Assembly (NCBI GenBank): GCA_049976845.1
Contig: JBMFHL010000001.1
Span: 43,435 to 107,434, forward strand
Length of the DNA: 64,000 nucleotides
Reading direction: 5' to 3'
DNA from: Candidatus Micrarchaeia archaeon
GTDB lineage: Archaea; Micrarchaeota; Micrarchaeia; Micrarchaeales; CABMGC01
The translations under genes were made by a program, and so were the position numbers. The notes beneath the pieces are model-generated. The model saw only the letters and a program-made list of their open reading frames with translations. It did no database searches and was not told the DNA's origin. Below are positions 1 through 8,355 of the stretch, one piece after another. Each line of letters begins with the position of its first letter. Position 1 is the stretch's first letter.

Positions 1-187
1 GTATATTTAAAAGTTTCCTGAAGTTGTTTATATACTGCGTTTTTTGTGGATCTTTTTGCTGATTTTCTATGTTTTTTATGTATGTTTCTGCATCTTCAAA
101 GAAGTTTTTAGGCAATGGCAATATTTCTCCTGTTTTCTTTTCCGCTTGCACTTTTTCGAATAAGAGTTCAGGAGAAATTTCTTCCAT
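1..187 (-). CDS. GINS complex subunit (Gins15/Gins51-like), N-terminal part; runs off the window edge
   Basis: Not in ORF track. Manual translation from ATG at 187 gives MEEISPELLFEKVQAEKKTGEILPLPKNFFEDAETYIKNIE..., matching the EK...L..LP..FY pattern of archaeal GINS A-domains. Confidence 0.65.
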   Translation of the reverse strand, partial: MEEISPELLFEKVQAEKKTGEILPLPKNFFEDAETYIKNIENQQKDPQKTQYINNFRKLLNI

Positions 188-234
188 GGCAATACCTGTA
201 TATATTTCAACCGCAAAGCAAATAAACTAAATGC

Positions 235-347
235 ACCACCCTATACTTCCACTATTCGCTCTCTTTTATATATATAATAAAAAATAAATTATAAAACTTT
301 GTTATAATTGCTTTTTTACAGAATAAAAAAATAGTGGAACTGTGGTG
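235..347. repeat. Inverted repeat (TTCCACTATT 247-256 / AATAGTGGAA 330-339) flanking a very AT-rich spacer; candidate ORB/DUE-like site
   Basis: Perfect 10-bp inverted repeat, each arm followed outward by a GGTG-containing tract; the spacer is almost all A/T. Confidence 0.4.
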
Positions 348-348
348 T

Positions 349-423
349 TAGCGAGGGATGGATTTGAACCACCGATCTCCGGGTTATGAGCCCGGCGGGC
401 ACTCCATGCTACCCTACCTCGCT
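349..423 (-). tRNA. tRNA-Met(CAT), initiator
   Basis: Cloverleaf AGCGAGG...CCTCGCT-A with an A1-U72 pair; anticodon arm CCGGG-CTCATAA-CCCGG with consecutive G-C pairs; T-loop TTCAAAT; CCA not encoded. Confidence 0.95.
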
Positions 424-1179
424 TTAAGCATAAGTAACAGCTTCTTTTTCAACTATTCTCTCAGCATCTTCCCTGCTTATCCTGACAAGTTTTCCTCCGC
501 AATCGCACTTAAAATTCATCTCCATCGCAGTTTCAAAAGGGAATAGGGTCCTCTGCTTCTCAAAACAAGCTTCACAAATGAAAAAATCATTGCAGTTATC
601 TGGCAATATATATGCAGAATTTTTAACTTCGGTTAGTAAGTTTTCTTTAACCTTTTTAATATTTTCAAAATTTATATACCATTTAAATGTAAGCCAACCC
701 TTACTATCTTTATTTGTATCATATTTGGCAATACCATAAGTATTAAGCGTATTTAAAATCCTCCTAACCTCATTTATCTTTATATTCAGTGAAGTAGAGA
801 GGTCATCATCAGTTTGTGGTTCCCTTAATGCAGACAATATATCCAAAGCCCTCTTGCCAACAGCCTTTACAATATAATTAGAAAAACTATTGTCTTTTAT
901 CATCTCATCAATAAGTGATGCATTATAAGAAGCCTTTGCTTCAGCTTCTATCAACCTATTTTTTTCCAAAGAAAGCTTCTTTTTATCTATAGCAACCTTT
1001 TTACTTATCTTATTTGATCTATTGGAAAGTTTGTGGTTAATGGACCTGTAACCTTTTCTAATATTCATAGACTTAGGTGCAATATGCCTCTTATTCATTT
1101 TTTTAGAGCCAGAGCTCTGCTTTTTATGTGAAAAATGACGAGTTACCTTCTTTTTTATTTTTGATTTAGACAAGAGCAT
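424..1179 (-). CDS. tfe: Transcription factor E (TFE/TFIIE-alpha) with a long basic N-terminal extension
   Basis: Winged helix TDDDLSTSLNIKINEVRRILNTL...GWLTFKWYIN, then Zn ribbon FFICEAC...FETAMEMNFKCDCG; purine-rich AGGTAGGTG immediately upstream of the start. Confidence 0.85.
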   Translation of the reverse strand: MLLSKSKIKKKVTRHFSHKKQSSGSKKMNKRHIAPKSMNIRKGYRSINHKLSNRSNKISKKVAIDKKKLSLEKNRLIEAEAKASYNASLIDEMIKDNSFSNYIVKAVGKRALDILSALREPQTDDDLSTSLNIKINEVRRILNTLNTYGIAKYDTNKDSKGWLTFKWYINFENIKKVKENLLTEVKNSAYILPDNCNDFFICEACFEKQRTLFPFETAMEMNFKCDCGGKLVRISREDAERIVEKEAVTYA

Positions 1180-1311
1180 CACCTACCTTAAAGCAACACT
1201 ATATTATATGTGGGTTTTAATATAAATATATTCCGTTTTTTAGAAAATTAAAATAAATAAAATAACAAAATAAACACGTTTTTTGTATTTTAACTTTTTC
1301 TCAGAATATCT

Positions 1312-1386
1312 CGGGCCCGAGGGGATTTGAACCCCTGACTTACTGGTTAAGAGCCAGTCACTCTGACCAAACTGAGTTACGGGCCC
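1312..1386 (-). tRNA. tRNA-Lys(CTT)
   Basis: GGGCCCG...CGGGCCC-G acceptor stem, anticodon arm ACTGG-CTCTTAA-CCAGT, T-arm with GGTTCAAATCC. Confidence 0.95.
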
Positions 1387-1431
1387 AGTATAAGGACATT
1401 TGCGAATAAAGGCTTATATTAGTTTTGAGTA

Positions 1432-2577
1432 TTACAGATCTAAAATCCTATTAACTGCATTTCTGACTTTTTTAATATTCCTTTTCTCACAAGCAATCAA
1501 AAGCTTTTTGTTCTGTGAATTTGCCTCTTCTAATCCTTTTATAATAAGCGAAGTATTCTCTAAAGTGCCTATCTTTTTACCAAATCTATTGAGTATTGGT
1601 GTGTTCTCTACTGTGTCTTTTGGGAAGATCTTAGTGACAATTAGTTCTGTTTTATCCAAATCAACATACTTAAGTATTTCCTCCTCAATCTCCTTTTCGC
1701 TTAGGCTAAAATCTTTAGGCACTCTATCATAAAATACCCTCTTAAAAAGCTTCCTCTCAATTATTCTGTTTAAGAGAGGTGCAGATGGCTTATAAGACAA
1801 CAATGTATTCATCATTTCAAAATCATTTAACGTTTTTAAAAGCGTCTTATCAAGATATCCATTATCTATTGCAGCTTCTACTGCACGCTCAAACATACCT
1901 TCTGCAATAAGTGTAGTATGGTGTAAATAAACAGATGTAAACATGAAATATCTTGCTAAAAGTATAGATTCAGCAGAAGGAATCCCCTGTGCATAAATAG
2001 ACAGCTTGCCATTATACAGTGCAATCTTGCTTTTTAGCTGTTGATAGTCTATCACTCCATATGTGGCTCCTGTGTAATACGCATCCCGAAGCAGGTAATC
2101 TAATCTATCCGAGCCAAGCGAAGCGGTAATAACCTCTCCTCTCTCCTTGCCCTCTAGCATCTTCAATATTCTATTCAGCGAAAGTCCGCTATCGCTTATG
2201 ACGTTTTTTATATCTGATTCTTTAATTATCTCCTTGCCTAGCTCTTCATGCGAAGTATGCAGATATCTTTTCAACAAGCGATCTAAACTATGCGAAAAGG
2301 ACGCATGGCCAATATCATGCACAAGGCCCGCTACGCAAAGATCCTCCGCAGCATCTTCCTCTACCCCAATACTTTTCGTAAGCTCTTTGGTTATATAAAG
2401 TGTCCCAAGCGAGTGTTCAAAGCGCGAGTGGGTAGCCCCAGGGTATATAAGGTAAACAAATCCTGTCTGTCTTATATAGCGGAGTCGCTGCATGTGTTTG
2501 TCCTCTATAATCTTTTCCTCTGTTTCTGTCAAGTTTATATTTCCAAATATTGGGTCTTTTATGAACATGTTCACCAT
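1432..2577 (-). CDS. HD-domain phosphohydrolase (SAMHD1/dNTP triphosphohydrolase-like)
   Basis: IKDPIFG, QRLRYIRQ, HSRFEHSLG, HDIGH, DRLDYLLRD and VYLH motifs. Confidence 0.9.
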   Translation of the reverse strand: MVNMFIKDPIFGNINLTETEEKIIEDKHMQRLRYIRQTGFVYLIYPGATHSRFEHSLGTLYITKELTKSIGVEEDAAEDLCVAGLVHDIGHASFSHSLDRLLKRYLHTSHEELGKEIIKESDIKNVISDSGLSLNRILKMLEGKERGEVITASLGSDRLDYLLRDAYYTGATYGVIDYQQLKSKIALYNGKLSIYAQGIPSAESILLARYFMFTSVYLHHTTLIAEGMFERAVEAAIDNGYLDKTLLKTLNDFEMMNTLLSYKPSAPLLNRIIERKLFKRVFYDRVPKDFSLSEKEIEEEILKYVDLDKTELIVTKIFPKDTVENTPILNRFGKKIGTLENTSLIIKGLEEANSQNKKLLIACEKRNIKKVRNAVNRILDL

Positions 2578-3884
2578 TTTTTAACAAAGTCCCTTATTAT
2601 ACCATCAAATTCCTTCCCAATAGGGGCAAGTTCATATGTTACCTGCACTATTGGCTTGTTTACTTTTACTATCTTCCTTAGGTCTGTAGGGGTTCCAGAA
2701 ATAACAATGTCGCATTTCGCATTATTTATTACTTCGGTGAGCTCCTTTACCTGCATTTTGCTGTAACCTATCGCAGGAAGTATCCTCTCTATATTATACT
2801 TCTCATAGGTTTTCTTTATTGTTCCAATCGCATACCTTCTTGCATCAATTATCTCCCTGGCTCCATAATTCTTGGCTGCGACTACTGCCGCTCCAAACTT
2901 CATATTTCCATGGGTGACTGTGGGCCCATCTTCTATAACAAGTGCCGTTTTCCCTTTTATCAATTCTTCAGGATCTGCATTTATCTTAGATTCTGCATAT
3001 ACTATTTTGGCTTTTGCATTTATACTTTTTAGGTTGCGTTTAATCTCGCTTAACTCCATCTTACTTGCAGAATTTACTTTATTCACAACGAGTACATCTG
3101 CCATTCTTGCGACCGTCTCTCCAGGATAATACCCAAGCTCATTTCCTACTCTGAGTGGATCTGCTACAGTTATCATAAGATCCGGTTTTATGAAAGGTGC
3201 GTCGTTGTTGCCACCATCCCATATAATAACATCTGCCTCTTTTTCAGCAGCTTTTAGTATTTTTCCATAGTCCACTCCAGAATAAACAACAGTGCCTTCC
3301 CTAATGTGCGGTTCATAATCTTCCCTCTCTTCGATGGTGCATTTCTGTTTGTCCAAATCTTCAAGCGCACCAAAACGCTGTACCTCCTGCTCTTTAAGAT
3401 CTCCATATGGCATTGGATGCCTAATAACTACAGGCGTTTTTCCTAGTTTTTTTATTAACCTGGATATGTATCTGGATGTTGGGCTTTTTCCGCTTCCGGT
3501 CCTTACAGCGCATACTGCTATTACGGGTTTTACCGATTTTAGCATCGTGTGCTCTGGAGAAATAAGCCAGAAATCTGCTCCGTGTGAATTTGCAATGCTT
3601 GCTTTGTGCATTACCTCCGCATAAGGCAAGTCGCTGTATGCTAGCAAGCAAGCGTCAATTTTATATCTGTCTATCAAGTCTCCAAGTTTAGACTCATCAA
3701 AAATTTTTATACCATTTGGGTAAAGTTTGCCTGCAAGTTCTTTGGGATATCTTCTGTCTACTATAAAAGGAATCTGGTTTGCAGTAAATGCAATAATTTC
3801 ATAATCTGCATTGTCGCGGAAAAGCATATTGAAATCATGAAAATCCCTTCCTGCAGCGCCAAGAATCAAGATTCTCTTCCTCAT
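2571..3884 (-). CDS. arcE: Probable arginine synthetase (ArcE; cyclic 2,3-diphosphoglycerate synthetase-like P-loop family)
   Basis: GAAGRDFH, AVRTGSGKS, RHPMPYGDL, CTIEEREDYEPH, WDGGNND and EDGPTVTHG motifs, recalled as typical of the family containing Thermococcus ArcE. Confidence 0.75.
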   Translation of the reverse strand: MRKRILILGAAGRDFHDFNMLFRDNADYEIIAFTANQIPFIVDRRYPKELAGKLYPNGIKIFDESKLGDLIDRYKIDACLLAYSDLPYAEVMHKASIANSHGADFWLISPEHTMLKSVKPVIAVCAVRTGSGKSPTSRYISRLIKKLGKTPVVIRHPMPYGDLKEQEVQRFGALEDLDKQKCTIEEREDYEPHIREGTVVYSGVDYGKILKAAEKEADVIIWDGGNNDAPFIKPDLMITVADPLRVGNELGYYPGETVARMADVLVVNKVNSASKMELSEIKRNLKSINAKAKIVYAESKINADPEELIKGKTALVIEDGPTVTHGNMKFGAAVVAAKNYGAREIIDARRYAIGTIKKTYEKYNIERILPAIGYSKMQVKELTEVINNAKCDIVISGTPTDLRKIVKVNKPIVQVTYELAPIGKEFDGIIRDFVKKW

Positions 3885-4035
3885 GTAATCACAATTAAAA
3901 CTTGCTTGAAAAGGATATTAAATTTAGATGGTTAAAAACAAGACTTAATGTACTAATTACTCTCGTCATGCCATCCTCAAAAGGTTTATAAGGATTGAAT
4001 TCAATATAATATAAAAACGGCCAGTGCTGATACCT

Positions 4036-5952
4036 ATGTCAAATGAATCAGAGGAGTATAACGCTTCTAAAATAATAGTGCTAGAAGGTGTGCAAGGAGT
4101 AAGGAAAAGGCCGGCAATGTATATAGGGTCAACAGGTTCAAGCGGAGTGTTGCACTTGCTATTTGAAGTAATTGATAATGCCGTAGATGAAGCTATCGCC
4201 GGCTACTGTAAAAATATTATAGTGCATCTAACCGAGGCAGAAAATGGTGACATTGCAGAAGTGATAGATGACGGCAGAGGGATACCTATAGACATAATGC
4301 CAAAGTATAACAAGAGTGCCTTAGAGGTAATAATGACCTCCTTGCATTCAGGCGCCAAATTTAGCAACGATGTATATAAAACTGCCGGGGGTCTTCATGG
4401 TGTTGGCCTTACCGTTGTAAATGCACTATCTTCAGTGCTTGAGGTCAGGGTCAAAAAAGGAGGAAAGGAGTACATGCAAACCTATAGTAGGGGACTTCCA
4501 ACTTCTGAGCTAAAAGAAGTGGGAGTTGCCACGGATACAGGAACTTCAATAAAATTTCAGCCGGATCCTGAGATATTCCCTTCTACAAAATTTGATTCTG
4601 ATCTATTAAAAGAGAGGTTGAGATATACAAGTTTCTTGAATCCTGGGCTTAAACTATTCTTTATAGATGATAGGTTTAATTCCCACGAAGAAAGCCAGTA
4701 CTATTCGCAAAATGGGCTTGCAGATTTTCTTTCAGAACTAAATAAAAATACAACCACCATAACCAGTCCGATACATTACAAAAAGCAGGTTGATAATGTG
4801 ATGGTTGAAATAGCATTGCAATACAACAACAGCTACGACGAGAAAATAGAATCATTTGTAAATAGTATAAAGACAAACGACGGCGGCACGCACGTTATAG
4901 GTTTTCATGCAGCATTGACAAGGGCAATATCAAACTACCTGTTGCAAAATAAAAATGCGAGCAGCAAGAAAGAGGTAAAAATTACAGGAGAAGATGTAAG
5001 AGAGGGCCTTTCAGCAATAGTAAATGTACTGATGCAGAATCCAGAGTTCGAAGGGCAAACAAAAGAAAGACTTGGAAATACGCAAATAAAAAGCATAGTT
5101 GAAAGCAGCGTTTATTCTTTCCTTTCACAATACTTAGAAGAGCATCCTAGTGATGCAAAGGCAATAGTAGAGAAAGCGACAAATGCAAGTTTAGCTAGAG
5201 AGAGTGCAAGGAAGGCCAGGGAGCTAGTGAGAAAGAAGAGTATATTTGATGGCGCGATACTACCAGGCAAATTGGCAGACTGCATAGAATCTGATCCAGA
5301 AAAATGTGAAATATTTATAGTAGAAGGCGAGAGCGCAGGCGGCTCAAGCAAGCAAGGTAGGGACAAGAGGATACAAGCAATACTTCCATTAAGAGGGAAA
5401 ATTCTTAATGTCGAAAAAGCAAGCGATGAAAGAATATTTGATAATGCGGAAATACATACAATGGTCACAGCATTTGGGACAGGAATAAAAGAAACGTTTA
5501 ATGTGGAAAACATAAGGTACAAAAAAATAATCATTATGACGGATGCTGATGTTGATGGGAGCCATATAAGGACGTTGCTCCTCACGTTTTTCTATAGGTA
5601 CCTCAAAAAAATATTAGACCTGGGGTATGTATACATAGCGCAGCCTCCACTATATAAAATCTCTAAAGGGAAAGAAGAGTATTACTGCTACAGCGATGCA
5701 GAATTAGAAGCTAAAATGAAAGAACTGGGAGACAAAGTAAATCTACAAAGGTACAAAGGATTAGGAGAAATGAACCCTGAGCAATTGTGGGAAACTACAA
5801 TGAATCCAGAAAAACGCATCCTCAAAAAAGTTCTTGTAAACAATGCCGAAAGGGCAGAAAGATTGTTCACAATACTCATGGGTATTGATGTTCAGCAACG
5901 TAGAAAATTCTTGGAGGAGCATTCAGGCGAAGCCGCCTTCCTAGATATATAG
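4036..5952 (+). CDS. gyrB: DNA gyrase subunit B
   Basis: VRKRPAMYIG, EVIDNAVDE, DDGRGIP, GGLHGVG, VEGESAGG, PLRGKILN, MTDADVDG, QRYKGLGEM. Confidence 0.97.
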   Translation: MSNESEEYNASKIIVLEGVQGVRKRPAMYIGSTGSSGVLHLLFEVIDNAVDEAIAGYCKNIIVHLTEAENGDIAEVIDDGRGIPIDIMPKYNKSALEVIMTSLHSGAKFSNDVYKTAGGLHGVGLTVVNALSSVLEVRVKKGGKEYMQTYSRGLPTSELKEVGVATDTGTSIKFQPDPEIFPSTKFDSDLLKERLRYTSFLNPGLKLFFIDDRFNSHEESQYYSQNGLADFLSELNKNTTTITSPIHYKKQVDNVMVEIALQYNNSYDEKIESFVNSIKTNDGGTHVIGFHAALTRAISNYLLQNKNASSKKEVKITGEDVREGLSAIVNVLMQNPEFEGQTKERLGNTQIKSIVESSVYSFLSQYLEEHPSDAKAIVEKATNASLARESARKARELVRKKSIFDGAILPGKLADCIESDPEKCEIFIVEGESAGGSSKQGRDKRIQAILPLRGKILNVEKASDERIFDNAEIHTMVTAFGTGIKETFNVENIRYKKIIIMTDADVDGSHIRTLLLTFFYRYLKKILDLGYVYIAQPPLYKISKGKEEYYCYSDAELEAKMKELGDKVNLQRYKGLGEMNPEQLWETTMNPEKRILKKVLVNNAERAERLFTILMGIDVQQRRKFLEEHSGEAAFLDI

Positions 5953-5960
5953 GTATAGAT

Positions 5961-8354
5961 ATGGAAAAAACAGAGCCAGTCCAATTGGATGAAGAATTGC
6001 AATCAAGCTATATTGACTATGCCATGAGTGTTATAATAGGCAGAGCCATACCTGATGCCCGAGACGGTCTCAAGCCTGCGCAAAGAAGAATACTTTATGC
6101 AATGTATAGCATAAACAATTTGCATGACCAGCCTACTAAAAAGAGTGCAAGAATAGTTGGAGAAGTAATAGGTAAATATCATCCACATGGGGACGTCGCA
6201 GTTTATGATACTTTAGTAAGGATGGCTCAAGACTTTTCAATGAACCACGTGATGGTTGAAGGGCAGGGAAATTTTGGTTCAATAGACGGAGATCCACCTG
6301 CAGCAATGAGATATACCGAGGTGCGTCTCACTAGCATTGCAGAAGAATCATTAAACGATTTGGATAAGAACACTGTGGAATTTGTATCAAACTTCGACAA
6401 CACCGAAAAAGAGCCCATAGTATTGCCATCAAAAATACCAAATCTTTTGATAAATGGTGCATCCGGGATTGCCGTGGGTGTAGCAACAAGCATACCCCCG
6501 CATAACCTGAGCGAAGTATGTGATGCAATAATACAGGTATTAGATAAGGATACAACAATAGAAGATATACTAGAAATAATAAAAGGCCCTGATTTTCCTA
6601 CAGGCGGCATAGCAATAATGTCTGGAAATGCCTATAATGGGTATAAGTACGGCAAAGGGCAGATTACTGTAAAAGCAAAGGCAGAGATAAAAGAAAAAGA
6701 GAGAAAAATAATAGTAACAGAAATACCTTATAATGTCAACAAAGCCATGCTCATACAAAATATAGCAGAGCTCGTAAGAGACAAAAAAATAAATGGCATA
6801 ACTGACATAAAAGATGAGAGTGACAAAGAAGGAATAAGGATAGTAATAGAGTTTAGAAACGGAGAAAACGGCGAGAGTCTTTTGAACTCGTTATATAAGC
6901 ACACGCAACTTGAAATAACATTCCCTATAATAAATCTCGCAATAGTTGGAAAGGAATTAAAGAATTTTAACATATTGCAGTTGATAAATACTTTCATCGA
7001 GCACAGAAGGGAAATAATAAAGAAAAGAAGCGAGTTTGAACTTAATAAGTCAAAAGACCGTGTTCACATATTAGAAGGCCTTCTAACAGCAATCAATAGC
7101 ATAAATGAAATAGTAAAGCTAATAAAGGAAAGCGCTTCAGTAAGCGATGCAAAAGAGAGGTTGGTGAAAGCATACAATTTAAGTGAAAAGCAGGCATCTG
7201 CCATTTTAGAGATGAAGCTTAGCAGATTAACCCATCTTGAGTCAGACTCTATAAACAAGGAGAGAGCAGAGCTTGCAGGCAAAATAGATTATTACAATTC
7301 ACTATTGTCAGATCCAAAGAAAATAGATTCAGTAATTAAGAACGAAATCAAAGAAATAAAAGAAAAATATGGCAGGAAGAGAAGAACGGAAATAATTAAA
7401 ATGGAAGAGGAAATAACGCTGAAGGAAGAAGATCTAATAAGCAATGAAAAAGTGACGGTCATATACACAAATTCCGGATATATAAAAAGACTTGGCATAG
7501 AAAGCTACAAAGAACAAGCAAGAGGGGGCAAGGGAGTAATAGCAATAAACCTTAAGGAGGGAGACTATGCAAAGCAAATAATCACCTGCTACACTAAAGA
7601 TTACCTGCTATGTATATCAGATAAGGGAAGAGCGTACTGGCTTAAGGTATACAGAATACCAGAAGGGAAGCGGTATTCAGAAGGCAAGAGTATAGTAAAT
7701 TTGCTTAACTTAAAAGACGAGAAAATAGTTATAATAATGGTACTGAATGACATAGAACGATCAAGCATATCTTTGCTAACAAAAAGCGGATTAGTAAAGA
7801 AAATGAATGCACGTCTATTCTCCAAGCCTAGGTCAAGCGGCGTTACCGCAATCGCCTTAAGGGAAGGCGACGCAATAATCGATGCAATAACTTATACAAA
7901 TGAAAAGTATATCTTCATAACAACAAAGAAAGGCAAAGCAATCAAATTCGAAGATTCGAAAATAAGGTTTACTGGAAGATCTTCAATGGGTGTGCGTGGC
8001 ATAAGGCTATCAAACAATGACGAAGCAAAAAACATAATAGCAGCAGGAGATGTTGGCTATATACTTACTGTTACTGAAAATGGCTATGGCAAATTGACAG
8101 AAGTGCTTAATTACAGGCTGCAAAATAGGGGCGGCGGCGGCGTCCTAAATATCAGAATATCGGAAAAAACAGGTTATGTAGCAAAATCCTTATTCTTGAG
8201 TGGCGAAGCAAATATAATATTAATAAATTCCTCTGGCATAACGATTTCATTCAATGCAAGTAGTATAAGGATTACAGGGAGAAATGCAAGTGGGGTAAGA
8301 TTAATGAGAGTCGAAGAAGGGATGAAAGTAGTAGATGCAAAGATAATGCAATAA
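5961..8354 (+). CDS. gyrA: DNA gyrase subunit A
   Basis: DGLKPAQRR, YHPHGD, catalytic AAMRYTE, GyrA-box QARGGKG and C-terminal pinwheel repeats. Confidence 0.97.
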   Translation: MEKTEPVQLDEELQSSYIDYAMSVIIGRAIPDARDGLKPAQRRILYAMYSINNLHDQPTKKSARIVGEVIGKYHPHGDVAVYDTLVRMAQDFSMNHVMVEGQGNFGSIDGDPPAAMRYTEVRLTSIAEESLNDLDKNTVEFVSNFDNTEKEPIVLPSKIPNLLINGASGIAVGVATSIPPHNLSEVCDAIIQVLDKDTTIEDILEIIKGPDFPTGGIAIMSGNAYNGYKYGKGQITVKAKAEIKEKERKIIVTEIPYNVNKAMLIQNIAELVRDKKINGITDIKDESDKEGIRIVIEFRNGENGESLLNSLYKHTQLEITFPIINLAIVGKELKNFNILQLINTFIEHRREIIKKRSEFELNKSKDRVHILEGLLTAINSINEIVKLIKESASVSDAKERLVKAYNLSEKQASAILEMKLSRLTHLESDSINKERAELAGKIDYYNSLLSDPKKIDSVIKNEIKEIKEKYGRKRRTEIIKMEEEITLKEEDLISNEKVTVIYTNSGYIKRLGIESYKEQARGGKGVIAINLKEGDYAKQIITCYTKDYLLCISDKGRAYWLKVYRIPEGKRYSEGKSIVNLLNLKDEKIVIIMVLNDIERSSISLLTKSGLVKKMNARLFSKPRSSGVTAIALREGDAIIDAITYTNEKYIFITTKKGKAIKFEDSKIRFTGRSSMGVRGIRLSNNDEAKNIIAAGDVGYILTVTENGYGKLTEVLNYRLQNRGGGGVLNIRISEKTGYVAKSLFLSGEANIILINSSGITISFNASSIRITGRNASGVRLMRVEEGMKVVDAKIMQ

Positions 8355-8355
8355 A

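Noticed and set aside
358..546. 62-aa plus-strand ORF
   Set aside because: Antisense to tRNA-iMet and tfe
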